A stretch of 64,000 nt of DNA from positions 92,197-156,196 of the forward strand of contig CAZVJB010000002.1 of assembly GCA_964627625.1 (NCBI GenBank), in the 5' to 3' direction. Both the position numbers and the translations under genes were made by a program. Below are positions 1 to 9,529 of this stretch, in pieces (position 1 is the first letter of the stretch; every line of letters begins with the position of its first letter). Under the pieces are notes generated by a model, which did not search any database, was not told the origin of the DNA, and saw only the letters and a program-made list of their open reading frames with translations. Source of the stretch: an uncultured Halobacteriales archaeon (lineage in GTDB: Archaea; Thermoplasmatota; E2; JACPAO01; JAHFTW01).

Positions 1-526
1 GGGCCTTACTGGCCTGGAGACGCACGTCGTACAGGCCTGCCGTGGACAGGAGGAGTCCCGCGGCGCGATTGGCAAGCAGGCGTAGGCCTTCCGCGGGGTC
101 GAGGGCTGCCGCCGTTCGCATCGGAATACGGGCCAGCAGGGCCGATCCGTTGGGCCCCCACAGGACGCGGCCGCGCAAGGCGGTCTCGTACCAAAAAATC
201 GAGTGCGATGCGAAAGGAAGACGCCATGCAGGCACCGGCGCCAGGTCGACGTGCATGGCCAGCCGCGTTTCCAATTGTTCGCGCATGGTCCCGTACGAAA
301 TGCGCGCCGGCCGCAGGCCACGAATCGCTACGAGGTCGTAGTCGTTTTGGGGCGCGCCATCCAGCATGGCCCCCTCGCCGCGCGCAAAGCCGCCGGTGAG
401 AATCATGGCTTTGAGTCCGGGGTCGCCGGCACGAACGGTTTGCACGATGTCGGCCAAGTCGCGTTCGATGCGCGCCACGACCGTCGGTGAGTCGTAGGCC
501 GTGTAGGGCATCGTGGCTTCGCTCAT
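1..526 (-). CDS. Nucleotidyltransferase-fold protein, partial; it runs off the 5' edge of the window
   Basis: Minus-strand ATG at 526-524 gives MSEATMPYTAYDSPTVVARIERDLADIVQTVRAGDPGLKAMILTGGFARGEGAMLDGAPQNDYDLVAIRG... The GGFARGEG...DYDLV stretch fits the GS-x(n)-DxD minimal nucleotidyltransferase motif. Its start overlaps the GT2 stop in an ATGA (translational coupling). It is not in the ORF track because it has no in-window stop. Confidence 0.45.
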   Translation of the reverse strand, partial: MSEATMPYTAYDSPTVVARIERDLADIVQTVRAGDPGLKAMILTGGFARGEGAMLDGAPQNDYDLVAIRGLRPARISYGTMREQLETRLAMHVDLAPVPAWRLPFASHSIFWYETALRGRVLWGPNGSALLARIPMRTAAALDPAEGLRLLANRAAGLLLSTAGLYDVRLQASKA

Positions 527-1527
527 GGGTCGTTTGCTCCGCCATGCATGGGAGGCGCATCCTGGCGGTCGATGCCGGAAGTCGCGCCCGGCTTAGGCCG
601 CCGCCTTGCCATGAGGCCCCACAAGTAGCAGACAAAGAAGGCCAGGTCGAAAGCGGGGGTTGCCGCGATGCCCAACGCGAGCCAACGGGTCGGCATCGCC
701 CGGAAGCGGCGCAAGCCACGGCGCAAGGCGGGCGCAAAGAGCACCGCCGCAAGCAACAGGGCAGTGGCAGGATGGGGCCGCGCGACTGCCCAAGCGGTGG
801 CAACGGCGGTGGCTGTTCCCCATGCCAGGACCGGCCATTGCACGCCAAGTTCCGCGACATACTCGCCACAGCCCTGTCCTTCACGTACGTTCTTGCGGAA
901 TTCCTGGCGCGTCGTTGCGACGTCGGAATGGCGCACCACCATGCCCGGGTTGTAGACGATGCGTGCTCCCTTGGCTGCCGCTCGGCGCGCAAAAAGGAGG
1001 TCCTCGGCCGCATTGGCCCACGCGTCGAAGGGGTCGGCCGTGAGGATTTCGCGGTGGTAGGCTGCTGCGACATTCGAGGCGTACCGGAACGGGTCGTCGG
1101 TGGAGTCGGCTGGAAAATGGTACCGCAGGCCGCGCACCGATGCGCCAAGAGTCCACTTGTGCGGCGCGTGGACCTGCATCCCGAAAACCATCTCATACGA
1201 CTGTAACGACGCGAGCGCTTGGCTCGTCCATTGTAGATCCAGTTCGGCGTCGGCGCTCAGGAACGCCACGTATGGTGTCTCGGCGGTCGCAACGCCAAGG
1301 TTGCGCGCCGCACCGATTGGCAGGCGCTGGTCTGAGGCCAGGATCCGCATGGCAAACGGCAGGCTGGGCTGGAGGGCACGCACGATCTTCACCGTGTCGT
1401 CGGTGCTTGCGGCGTCGACTAGGATGACTTCGAAGTCGAGGTTGCGCTGCGCGGCAAGTGCTGCGAGGCAGAGGCCGATGTTGCGTGCCTCATTCAGGGT
1501 AAGGACCACGACGGACAGGCGAGGCAA
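523..1527 (-). CDS. Family-2 glycosyltransferase (GT2)
   Basis: N-terminus LSVVVLTLNEARNIGLCLAALAAQRNLDFEVILVDAASTDDT is the classic GT2 Rossmann/DxD region. The C-terminal half is hydrophobic and membrane-associated. Confidence 0.8.
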   Translation of the reverse strand: MPRLSVVVLTLNEARNIGLCLAALAAQRNLDFEVILVDAASTDDTVKIVRALQPSLPFAMRILASDQRLPIGAARNLGVATAETPYVAFLSADAELDLQWTSQALASLQSYEMVFGMQVHAPHKWTLGASVRGLRYHFPADSTDDPFRYASNVAAAYHREILTADPFDAWANAAEDLLFARRAAAKGARIVYNPGMVVRHSDVATTRQEFRKNVREGQGCGEYVAELGVQWPVLAWGTATAVATAWAVARPHPATALLLAAVLFAPALRRGLRRFRAMPTRWLALGIAATPAFDLAFFVCYLWGLMARRRPKPGATSGIDRQDAPPMHGGANDP

Positions 1528-2872
1528 GCAGCATCACCTCCGAAGGGGCGCTGGTGGCGGGCGCATCGGGCGCCAAATGCGTGGGCCGCAACGATTCGCG
1601 GGCGGCAGCGGCGGCATCATGTTCCTGCCAAAGCTTCCAGGCCGCGTAGAGGCCAAACGGAATGTTGGCCAGCAACCATGCGATTGCGACCCCAACCAGG
1701 CCGAAACGTGCGGCCAGGAGGGGAGCCAAGGCGGCCAGGGCCAGCATCATGGCAGCGGGGAAGACGAGAAGTGGAGCCCAACGGTCGCGGGCGCGCAAGA
1801 CCGAAAGGTAGAGGTACGATGGTGCCACGAAGAGGACGCTAGCACAGAGAACCACGAGGACGGGGCCACCTGCCTGGGCGTAGCCTGGCCCGAAGACGCC
1901 CAGGGCAGGGCCCGCGATGGCCATGCCGACGAGCGCCGCGGGAACAACAATTACTAGGTGGTGCAGCGCGGCCCGTCGAATGGCCGAAGCTTGACCGCTG
2001 GGGCCGGCGCGCACCATCTCGGCAAGGGCGCTCCGGCTCATGGCGGCCGACGCGAGAAATAGTAGTGATGCAGCGGTCCAGGCGATAGCGAAATAGGCCG
2101 CGGCCTCGGCGCCATCGATTGCCAGCACGAGGGGGGCAAGGAGCAATCCGGGCAGGAACTCCGCGGCGCTGCCGGAGACGTTGCGCATGGCGCTTTGCAG
2201 GAAGGCGCGACGCGGGACCAACCGGCCAGAGCGCGCGGGAATCCGGCGAGCAAAACCGACCGCCGCCAGGGCAGAGCATAGAAGGGCAAGCGCCCAGGTG
2301 ACGGCGACAGGGTAGGGCGACGCGAGAAGGACAATCGGCAGGGGGAGCAGCACGCGAGCCGCGGACAGGACGAGGTTGCGCTGGAAGCTGAATTTGGCGT
2401 CGCCTTCGGCAAGGAAGTACGCGTCCTGGAGCCAAGTGACGACGAGCAGGATTGCGATGGCCGCCACCATGAACCAGCCGAGGGGGGACAATTGCGCCAT
2501 CGCATGGCCGCCGAATGCCGCAGCAGCGATGCCCGTTGTCAATGCCACGGAAACGGCGGCGCCGGCAAGCGCGGCAAAGCGTAGCAGGCGGCCAGCCTCC
2601 TCCCGGCTTGCACCTGGAACGCTGCGCAGGAGGGCAGTATCCAGGCCGCCCTTGGCCAGGACTCCGACAATGGTGCCAAGGGCCACGAGGGCCGCCCCAA
2701 GGCCAATCTCGACCGGCGGCAAGCCGGCTACGCGAGCGAGAATCAGCCAGAACAGAAGGCCTGCCGCGGCGCCGGTTGCCGTGTTGAGCATGAGGTAGTA
2801 CGAATTGCGGTGCTGGACTTGGCCGAAGTGGGTCGTAGCGCGGCTGCGCCAAGTCGTCGTTCCTCTCGGCAC
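1490..2872 (-). CDS. Polysaccharide-biosynthesis/oligosaccharide flippase-like polytopic membrane protein (MOP/Wzx-like)
   Basis: 460 aa, about 12 predicted TM helices, composition typical of Wzx/PST-family flippases. It is adjacent to and co-oriented with the GT2. Confidence 0.6.
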   Translation of the reverse strand: MPRGTTTWRSRATTHFGQVQHRNSYYLMLNTATGAAAGLLFWLILARVAGLPPVEIGLGAALVALGTIVGVLAKGGLDTALLRSVPGASREEAGRLLRFAALAGAAVSVALTTGIAAAAFGGHAMAQLSPLGWFMVAAIAILLVVTWLQDAYFLAEGDAKFSFQRNLVLSAARVLLPLPIVLLASPYPVAVTWALALLCSALAAVGFARRIPARSGRLVPRRAFLQSAMRNVSGSAAEFLPGLLLAPLVLAIDGAEAAAYFAIAWTAASLLFLASAAMSRSALAEMVRAGPSGQASAIRRAALHHLVIVVPAALVGMAIAGPALGVFGPGYAQAGGPVLVVLCASVLFVAPSYLYLSVLRARDRWAPLLVFPAAMMLALAALAPLLAARFGLVGVAIAWLLANIPFGLYAAWKLWQEHDAAAAARESLRPTHLAPDAPATSAPSEVMLLASPVRRGPYPE

Positions 2873-2881
2873 GTCAGCGCC

Positions 2882-3688
2882 TCACGCGGTCGCCGAACCG
2901 GTCTCGTCTCGATCGGCATGGGAAGACGTGGTCGGGGAGGACGTGGTCGGCAAGTCGATGTTGCTCCTCGTTTGCTGACGCAGCAGGCGGCGGACGAAGT
3001 CATGATCAGATAGTCCGTAGTGGCAACCCAAGCCATCGCGCTTCCTGTGCAGGTCGCCCGACTCCAACATGCGCTTCAAGTGATAGCCAAGTGTCGAGTC
3101 CGCACAGCCTAGGCTACGGCGCAGCGCGGTCCGGTTCATGGGGCCCGCAAGCAGGAGTTGGCCGATGCGTCGGGGCACGAGCCGCGAGAATCGGGCCAGG
3201 CCCGGGCGCATCTCGGCGTCATGGTTGCTGGTGACGAAGAAGCGCTTGTAGCGGCCGTCGGACAATTCCACGACCAGGCCGTCGCGTTCGAGCCGATCGA
3301 GGTGGTGACGCAATTGTCCCGCGGATGTGAGGCGTGCCGCTCGGGCAAGGCCGCGAAAGTGCACGCCCGGTTGTTCCTGCACGATGGTAAACAGTGTTCG
3401 GCCGATGTCGCGGGCTGCGGCCTCAGGTGGAGAATCGGTCTCGAAGCCACGTGGCGCAGGCAGGTCAGGTTGTCGCCCCGGGCCGTTTGGGACCATTGCG
3501 TCACCGCGTGGCTCGTTGGGAGCGGCCGCAGCCTGGAGCATGGCAGGTCCCGCAAACCATTGGCCGGTGGCCGGCGCAACGGGCCCCGGTGGGTCATCGG
3601 GGTGCGGGGGTGGAACCGGCCTGTCGGGTTCTGGGGCAGGATTTGGATCCGGTCGCGGCTCTGGGGCTTCGCTCGGGTTCGCGACCAT
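2882..3688 (-). CDS. Tandem winged-helix (wHTH) transcription regulator with a Pro-rich disordered N-terminus
   Basis: Two wHTH-like units (…TLFTIVQEQPGVHFRGLARAARLTSAGQLRHHLDRLERDGLVVEL… and …LLLAGPMNRTALRRSLGCADSTLGYHLKRMLESGDL…). It is paralogous to 59444-59998, 61928-62485 and the C-terminus of 51098-53488. Confidence 0.6.
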   Translation of the reverse strand: MVANPSEAPEPRPDPNPAPEPDRPVPPPHPDDPPGPVAPATGQWFAGPAMLQAAAAPNEPRGDAMVPNGPGRQPDLPAPRGFETDSPPEAAARDIGRTLFTIVQEQPGVHFRGLARAARLTSAGQLRHHLDRLERDGLVVELSDGRYKRFFVTSNHDAEMRPGLARFSRLVPRRIGQLLLAGPMNRTALRRSLGCADSTLGYHLKRMLESGDLHRKRDGLGCHYGLSDHDFVRRLLRQQTRSNIDLPTTSSPTTSSHADRDETGSATA

Positions 3689-3837
3689 GTATCATCCGTT
3701 GGACCCCGGACCGGGATAAGCCATGCAGCCGCGGCAAGCGCGCCCTTGCGAATGCCCGCGGAAACCGCCGAAGCTGGGTCTGCGCGGCCCGGATGCCGCC
3801 CGCAACGGCCAAAAACCCCCCCTTCGTCGGCCAAGCC

Positions 3838-4029
3838 ATGCGTACCGGCAAGATCGTGGCCCTCTGCAGCTTGGCCCTTGGCGTCCTCTTCTACCTCGCG
3901 GCGATTGCCGGCATCATGTGGCCGGCCACACCGCCTATGGACGTTGGCGTCATTTCGACGTCCGCGGTCTTCGTGCTCTTCGGGCTCCTGGGACTCATGT
4001 TGAAGGACACCAGCCCAACGAACCAGTAG
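3838..4029 (+). CDS. Small two-TM membrane protein
   Basis: 63 aa, MRTGKIVALCSLALGVLFYLAAIAGIMWP…VFVLFGLLGLMLKD. ATG confirmed at 3838. It is the internal start of a longer track ORF whose upstream part is non-protein-like. Confidence 0.4.
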   Translation: MRTGKIVALCSLALGVLFYLAAIAGIMWPATPPMDVGVISTSAVFVLFGLLGLMLKDTSPTNQ

Positions 4030-4056
4030 AATAGTAGAAGAATAGTATGATCTGGC

Positions 4057-4809
4057 TCAAAAGACGCCGCTTGTGGCGGCAATGTAGATTGCGGCAAGCG
4101 CAAGCGCTGCGGCAAACAGCTGTGCCAATGGCCGTGCCTTGAGCCCGTGCGCGGCGCGGGTGCCAAACGTCGCAGCAGCCACGGCACCGATGGCGAGCGG
4201 CACGGCGGGCCTCCAGTCAAGCCCTGCGCTCAAGCTGACTGCCGACGCAATGGCCGCGTTGGTGAACACCGCAACGAGGCTTGACCCGACGGCCGTGTGC
4301 ATCGAGACGCCCACGATGGCCAGGACGGGCACGGAAATGATGCCGCCACCAATTCCTAGTAACCGCGAGGCGGCCCCGGCCACGACGCCAAGGGCGACGA
4401 CGAGTGGCGTTCCGGGTGTGCGTGCCTCGTCATGCGGCATGTGTGCGACGAGCCGCCAGGCCGCACCCAGCATGACGACGGCGAAAAGGAGTTTCAGGGA
4501 TGGTACCGGGAGGTTTGGCGCAAGGACGATGCCGGCGGCGACGCCGACGAGGCCGCCCACGGCGAGAAGGGGTCCAAGGCGCCAGTCGACGGCGTCGCGG
4601 CGGGCGTGCTGCCACACGCCAAGCGGGGGGTGGGCCAACATTGCGGCAAGCGATATGGCGGTTGCGACGCGGAAGTCCACGCCGGCGACGTAGACCAATG
4701 CCGGCACGATGAGGACGCCGCCGCCGATGCCGAAAAGCGTCGAAAGGAACCCGGCGCCCATGCCGAGGCTGGCCAGTCCCGCGAAGGTCATGGGATCGGA
4801 CGGGTCCAC
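4057..4809 (-). CDS. TSUP-family (TauE/SafE) sulfite/anion exporter-like permease
   Basis: 250 aa and very hydrophobic. It shows the TSUP pattern of duplicated 4-TM halves with G-rich motifs (FGIGGGVLIVPALVYV …LLGIGGGIISVPVLAIV). Confidence 0.75.
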   Translation of the reverse strand: MDPSDPMTFAGLASLGMGAGFLSTLFGIGGGVLIVPALVYVAGVDFRVATAISLAAMLAHPPLGVWQHARRDAVDWRLGPLLAVGGLVGVAAGIVLAPNLPVPSLKLLFAVVMLGAAWRLVAHMPHDEARTPGTPLVVALGVVAGAASRLLGIGGGIISVPVLAIVGVSMHTAVGSSLVAVFTNAAIASAVSLSAGLDWRPAVPLAIGAVAAATFGTRAAHGLKARPLAQLFAAALALAAIYIAATSGVF

Positions 4810-5029
4810 GCGTCACCCACGGCGTGGGTCGATTGAAGCCTTGTCACACGCGCCGCTTGCGACGCATCACTCACTCAAGATGGAAGGGGCGGCCCAAAAA
4901 GCGCCGCGTCACCAGGAGAAAGTGACAGCCTTGTGGGACCACCCACCGGGCGGTTCCGTCGGCATCCCCTTCCAGGGTACAGTCCTTTCGCTGACTTCAT
5001 ACGACTTGCGTTGGGGGCTATGCACCTGT

Positions 5030-5515
5030 TTACGGCTTGGCGGCGTCGGCGTCGTCATCGGCGGCGTTGGCTCGTTGGGCGTCCATCTTGCGGACAAATT
5101 TCCGGCCTTCGTTTACCGCCGTGTCCCAAAGCAGTTCTTCGGTGGCAATTGATTCCTCGTGCAACTTGCGGGCCATCATGCGGATGGCGAGTTCCCGGGC
5201 ATTGCCTGGATAGCCCATGTCGATCAAGCGCACGATGGATTGGGCCCGGAGCGGCAACCCGGCAAGCACGACGAGGGCGGCAAGCGGAACCACGAGGAAG
5301 ACGGTCGCAATCGCGTAGGCGATAGGGAAGTATTTCGGCCAGAACAGGCCGACCACGGCCGAGCCGAGGACGGCCAAGATGCCGACGACGAGAAGGAAAC
5401 GCACGAAACGCAGCAGCCGGACAATGCGCCGCAACTTGTCCGACCACCGCCGCATCGAATCGTCCATCAGGTTCCACATGGCGCGGTACCAGGGCCTCGT
5501 ATCCACGAGCAGCAA
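5030..5515 (-). CDS. Hypothetical membrane protein (2 TM) with a basic cytoplasmic N-terminus
   Basis: 161 aa. TM hairpin LLVVGILAVLGSAVVGLFW / VFLVVPLAALVVLAGL, followed by a soluble acidic tail. Confidence 0.4.
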   Translation of the reverse strand: MLLVDTRPWYRAMWNLMDDSMRRWSDKLRRIVRLLRFVRFLLVVGILAVLGSAVVGLFWPKYFPIAYAIATVFLVVPLAALVVLAGLPLRAQSIVRLIDMGYPGNARELAIRMMARKLHEESIATEELLWDTAVNEGRKFVRKMDAQRANAADDDADAAKP

Positions 5516-5548
5516 CTCTCCGGGTCGGGGATGAACGTTCCGAAGGCG

Positions 5549-6022
5549 TCAGCCTTGCCCAATTGCGTCCCGGGCTGCCTGATCCGCGTCCGCATTCTCC
5601 AGGCGCGGCACCCAGTCGAACTGCACTTTGCGAAATTGCCCCACGAGTTTGTGCGCCTCGGCGTAAAGCGGCAGCAGATTCTCCGCCTTGACCTTGTACG
5701 TGCCGCCAAGTTGCCGAAGGATGAGTTGCGAATCGCCGCGGATTGTGACCTCATCGGCCCCCGCCGCCAGCGCGTGGCGCAGGCCCAGGATGACGCCGTG
5801 GTATTCCGCCTCATTGTTCGTGCCGCGCCCCATGTTCATCGACAAGGCTTGCCGGCGACCCCCGATGTCCAGGATGGCCCCCGCACCCATCGGCCCCGGG
5901 TTCCCGGAGCAAGCGCCATCGAACCAGACTGTAGCCTTCAACGTGGACGGGAAAGGGGCGCCGGTCTTGGGTCTGTCGTTCCTCGAAATCCCCGGCCTCC
6001 GGTTCTGGGCACGGCCGAACAA
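5549..6022 (-). CDS. rnhA: Ribonuclease HI
   Basis: VWFDGACSGNPGPMGAGAIL…NNEAEYHGVILGLRHALAAGADEVTIRGDSQLILRQLGG…VQFDWVPRLENADADQAARDA matches the RNase H catalytic DEDD core. The true start may lie about 25 codons inside the track ORF. Confidence 0.8.
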   Translation of the reverse strand: MFGRAQNRRPGISRNDRPKTGAPFPSTLKATVWFDGACSGNPGPMGAGAILDIGGRRQALSMNMGRGTNNEAEYHGVILGLRHALAAGADEVTIRGDSQLILRQLGGTYKVKAENLLPLYAEAHKLVGQFRKVQFDWVPRLENADADQAARDAIGQG

Positions 6023-6078
6023 GGGAGGCCTGGGATTGCAGGGATGCCACGGCGATTTTGATGATTCGAGGTTAATCC

Positions 6079-8277
6079 CTAACGAAGCGGCTCTTTTTCC
6101 TTCCGCTTGCGCCGTCCCTTCTTGGGCGCATCGTCTTTCGCCGGCTCCGCGTGCGCCGCGTTTGCGTCGCCCCCGCCCTTTTCCAGCATCGCTCCCGACT
6201 TCTCAAAAATGCGCCGCGCGACCTGCATGGGCTTCTTCCGGGGGCCGACGCGTTCCTCGACGTCGTGCTCCGCCTGCGCGACGCGTTCCGGCTTGGCGTC
6301 TTTCGGCAATTGGCCCGACTTCAACTGCATGATTTCGTCGCGAAGCAGGGCGGCACGTTCGAAGTCCCATGCCTTGGCTGCCGATTGCATTTCCTGCTCG
6401 AGTGATTTGATGAGCTTGTCGAATCCAGTCTTGTCGAGCGTGGCGAGTTTCTCTTTGCTGACGAGGACCGGTTTCTCCCCGAGGCGACGGCCGTCGATTT
6501 CGATGCCCTTCATGGAGCGCACCGCGGAGACCGGCGTGATGCCGTGCTGCTTGTTGTACGCAATCTGTGTCGTCCGGCGTTGCGACGTGGCCGCAATCGC
6601 CTTCGCCATGGCATCACTCATGCGGTCAGCGTACATGATGACGCGGCCGTTGACGTTGCGTGACGCCCGGCCAATCGTCTGTACGAGGGCGGTTTCGCTG
6701 CGCAGGAAACCGATTTTGTCCGCATCGAAGATTGCCACCAGGCTCACTTCAGGCAGGTCGAGGCCTTCGCGCAGGAGGTTGATGCCAACCAGGACGTCGA
6801 ATTCGCCTTTGCGGAGCTTTTCCAGGATGATTATGCGCTCCAACGTGTCGATATCGCTGTGCAGATAGGTGACTTTCAGGCCGAGGCCGGCATAGTATTT
6901 CGTGAGTTCCTCGGCCATCTTCTTCGTGAGCGTTGTGACAAGGATTCGCTCGCCGCGTTTTGCGGTCTTTGTGATTTCGCCGTAGAGGTCGTCCACCTGC
7001 CCTGCAATGGGGCGTACGATGACTTCGGGGTCGATGAGGCCTGTCGGGCGAACCACGGCTTGAACGCGCAATTCTTCATGCTCGGCCTCATACGGCCCGG
7101 GCGTCGCGCTGGTGAAGACGCATTGCTTGAACTTGCGCTCCCATTCGGGGAACTTGAGCGGCCGGTTGTCGAGCGCCGAAGGCAGGCGGAAGCCGTACTG
7201 GATGAGGGTTTCTTTGCGCATGCGGTCGCCATTGTACATGCCGCGCACCTGCGGAACACTCACGTGCGATTCGTCAACGATCAGGAGGTAGTCCTCCGGG
7301 AAGTAATCCATGAGACACGCGCCAGGGTCGCCGCGCGGACGGCCGGAGAGAGGTTGGCTGTAGTTCTCGATGCCGTTGCAGTAGCCGATTTCGCGCAGCA
7401 TCTCGATGTCGAAGCGCGTGCGTTGCTCGAGCCGTGCCGCCTCCAGGATTTTTCCTTGCGTGCGCAATTCGGTGAGACGGTCCTTGAGTTGATCCTGGAT
7501 GCGCAAGATGGCGGCCTCAAGTTGATCGGGAGGCAAGACGAAGTGCTTGGCGGGGAAGATGGTCATCGCCTGGTACGTCGCGATGCCGTCGGCCGTCAGG
7601 GAATGCACGCGCTTGACGGACTCGATTTCATCGCCCCACAAGGCCACGCGGATGGGATGCTCGTCCCCTGGCGGCAGGATGTCGATGGTGTCGCCGCGCA
7701 CGCGGAAGGTTCCGGGTTTGAGTTCGGCGTCGTTGCGTTCGTAGTAGATGTCAACCAGGCGTCCCACCAGGGCGCGGCGTTCCATTTTCTGGCCGGCCTG
7801 CAGCAAGACGTTGGCGCTGCGGTAGTCGTCGGGCGAACCCAAGCCATAGATGCAGGAAACGGAAGCGACCACGACGACGTCCTTGCGCGTCATGAGTGCC
7901 TGTGTGGTCGCGTGGCGAAGTTTCTCGATCTCCTTGTTGACGTCGGATTCTTTGGCGATGTAGGTGTCCGATTGCGGGACGTACGCCTCTGGCTGGTAGT
8001 AGTCGTAGTAGGAGACGAAGTATTCGACGGCGTTCTTGGGAAAAAAGGCCCGCATTTCCTCGTACAATTGTGCCGCGAGAGTCTTGTTGTGCGAGATGAT
8101 GAGCGTCGGCTTCTGCAACCGCGTAATGGCCTGTGCCATGATGTACGTCTTTCCGACCCCGGTTACGCCCTGGAGTGTCACGAAGCGCTTGCCATCTCGG
8201 ACCGCTTGCACCACGGCGTCGATGGCGGGCCCCTGGTCGCCCGCGGGCTCGAACGGCGCCTCCAACTCGAACGGCAC
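6079..8277 (-). CDS. uvrB: Excinuclease ABC subunit B
   Basis: 732 aa. Walker A TLQGVTGVGKTY, helicase motifs, the UvrB beta-hairpin region and a C-terminal UVR-like segment. It has an unusual K/R-rich C-terminal tail. Confidence 0.95.
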   Translation of the reverse strand: MPFELEAPFEPAGDQGPAIDAVVQAVRDGKRFVTLQGVTGVGKTYIMAQAITRLQKPTLIISHNKTLAAQLYEEMRAFFPKNAVEYFVSYYDYYQPEAYVPQSDTYIAKESDVNKEIEKLRHATTQALMTRKDVVVVASVSCIYGLGSPDDYRSANVLLQAGQKMERRALVGRLVDIYYERNDAELKPGTFRVRGDTIDILPPGDEHPIRVALWGDEIESVKRVHSLTADGIATYQAMTIFPAKHFVLPPDQLEAAILRIQDQLKDRLTELRTQGKILEAARLEQRTRFDIEMLREIGYCNGIENYSQPLSGRPRGDPGACLMDYFPEDYLLIVDESHVSVPQVRGMYNGDRMRKETLIQYGFRLPSALDNRPLKFPEWERKFKQCVFTSATPGPYEAEHEELRVQAVVRPTGLIDPEVIVRPIAGQVDDLYGEITKTAKRGERILVTTLTKKMAEELTKYYAGLGLKVTYLHSDIDTLERIIILEKLRKGEFDVLVGINLLREGLDLPEVSLVAIFDADKIGFLRSETALVQTIGRASRNVNGRVIMYADRMSDAMAKAIAATSQRRTTQIAYNKQHGITPVSAVRSMKGIEIDGRRLGEKPVLVSKEKLATLDKTGFDKLIKSLEQEMQSAAKAWDFERAALLRDEIMQLKSGQLPKDAKPERVAQAEHDVEERVGPRKKPMQVARRIFEKSGAMLEKGGGDANAAHAEPAKDDAPKKGRRKRKEKEPLR

Positions 8278-8349
8278 ATCACTTGCAGGACCGAAGCGAA
8301 CAAAAGCGAAGGGGTGGGGGCGGCGGAACTACCGGTCGGCGTATTGGGG

Positions 8350-8673
8350 TTACCGGCGCTTTGCGCGGCCCTTCTTGGCCGGCTTGGGCGTTTTTGGTTT
8401 CTTCGGAGCCTTCGCTTTCTTTGCCGCCTTGACGGTTGGCCTGCTTTTCTTCGCCGCGACCTTCTTGGTCTTCTTGGCAACCGGCTTTTTGGCGGGTCGC
8501 TCCAAGGCTTTCCTAGCCTTTTTGGCAACCGGCTTGCGCGGCACGGCGGGTTTGCGAGGCGACCGCTTTGCCACGGGAGGCAATGGCGGCCGCTCAGTCC
8601 ATGGCGCGGCAGGAGCATTCGGCATCGGCTTGCGGCGGAAAAGGCGCAGCGCCATCAACCGGAACACGCGCAA
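8350..8673 (-). CDS. Lysine/alanine/proline-rich basic protein (histone H1-like / AKP-repeat DNA-binding tail protein)
   Basis: …PVAKRSPRKPAVPRKPVAKKARKALERPAKKPVAKKTKKVAAKKSRPTVKAAKKAKAPKKPKTPKPAKKGRAKRR. It lies directly upstream of uvrB and is co-oriented with it. The start is uncertain. The antisense ORF 8036-8836 is hydrophobic junk. Confidence 0.35.
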   Translation of the reverse strand: MRVFRLMALRLFRRKPMPNAPAAPWTERPPLPPVAKRSPRKPAVPRKPVAKKARKALERPAKKPVAKKTKKVAAKKSRPTVKAAKKAKAPKKPKTPKPAKKGRAKRR

Positions 8674-9087
8674 AGCAAGATATCACCGCTTCGAAGAGGA
8701 AGCGCCGATTTCCGATGGAAAAAACGCCCTATTGTGGGCAAAAATACGGGATGGCGGACCGGAACAACTCGCGCCCCAAACCCTCGATGAGGGCCGGGGT
8801 GGGTGGTGGTCGGTGGTCGCAAGAAATCCGGCATAGCCGGAGCCCCGGACCGCCCGCACATGGTGCGGAGGCAATCGCGCCTCGTCTCCCAATCGTATTC
8901 GGGCGCAACCCGATATATACCTCGCCAATTGGGTCGCTTTGCGGCCCCTTTTCCGGGAGAAACCATGCCCCAGCAACCGGGCCGCCGGGGCCGGCCGATT
9001 TGGCCGCAAACCTGCCCCTCCAGGAGTCAGCTTAAAAGGTGCAGCCACAAAGCGTAAATCACTTCCACGACCCAATCCACCTCAACC

Positions 9088-9333
9088 ATGAACGAACCAA
9101 ACGTCCAACCGCACCCGGTCCCCGCCTCTGTGCAGGCCGTGCTGAACACTCTCAACCACCACAAACCCATGACGGGCAAGCAGTTGCGGGAAGCCACCGG
9201 CCTCCCCCGCCGCACCATCTACACGGCCCTGCGCCGGCTGCGCGAGATGGGCCTTCTTGAGGAACAAGCCAGCCTGCGCGATACGCGGCAGACCTACTTC
9301 TGGGTCCACGAAGCAAAACCCCAGCCAAACTGA
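9088..9333 (+). CDS. Small winged-helix transcription regulator
   Basis: 81 aa. KPMTGKQLREATGLPRRTIYTALRRLREMGLLEE… is a typical single wHTH (MarR/TrmB-like) protein. Confidence 0.6.
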   Translation: MNEPNVQPHPVPASVQAVLNTLNHHKPMTGKQLREATGLPRRTIYTALRRLREMGLLEEQASLRDTRQTYFWVHEAKPQPN

Positions 9334-9529
9334 AACGGACCCCATGCGGTTTTCTGCGGCCGCGAACTGTCGCCGCCTGGCGCGATGATCTAGCACATCG
9401 TCGGTGAATGATGATCGGATTGGACTTTGGTGAGCGCCGTCCCCTTGCGCATTCTGCGCGCGATTGACACAGCAAAACTACATCCGGAGAGCCGGCTAGG
9501 CAGCCTTCAGGCCTGGCCGTCTACCTGCC

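Noticed and set aside
6-1196. 396-aa minus-strand ORF overlapping the GT2 gene
   Set aside because: It is Arg/Pro/Ala-rich, non-protein-like, and is the alternate frame of the well-supported GT2 and nucleotidyltransferase genes. This is a typical high-GC artefact.
8036-8836. 266-aa plus-strand ORF
   Set aside because: It is the antisense of the Lys-rich ORF. Its translation is a poly-hydrophobic/Phe/Gly repeat produced by the complement of AAG/AAA codons.
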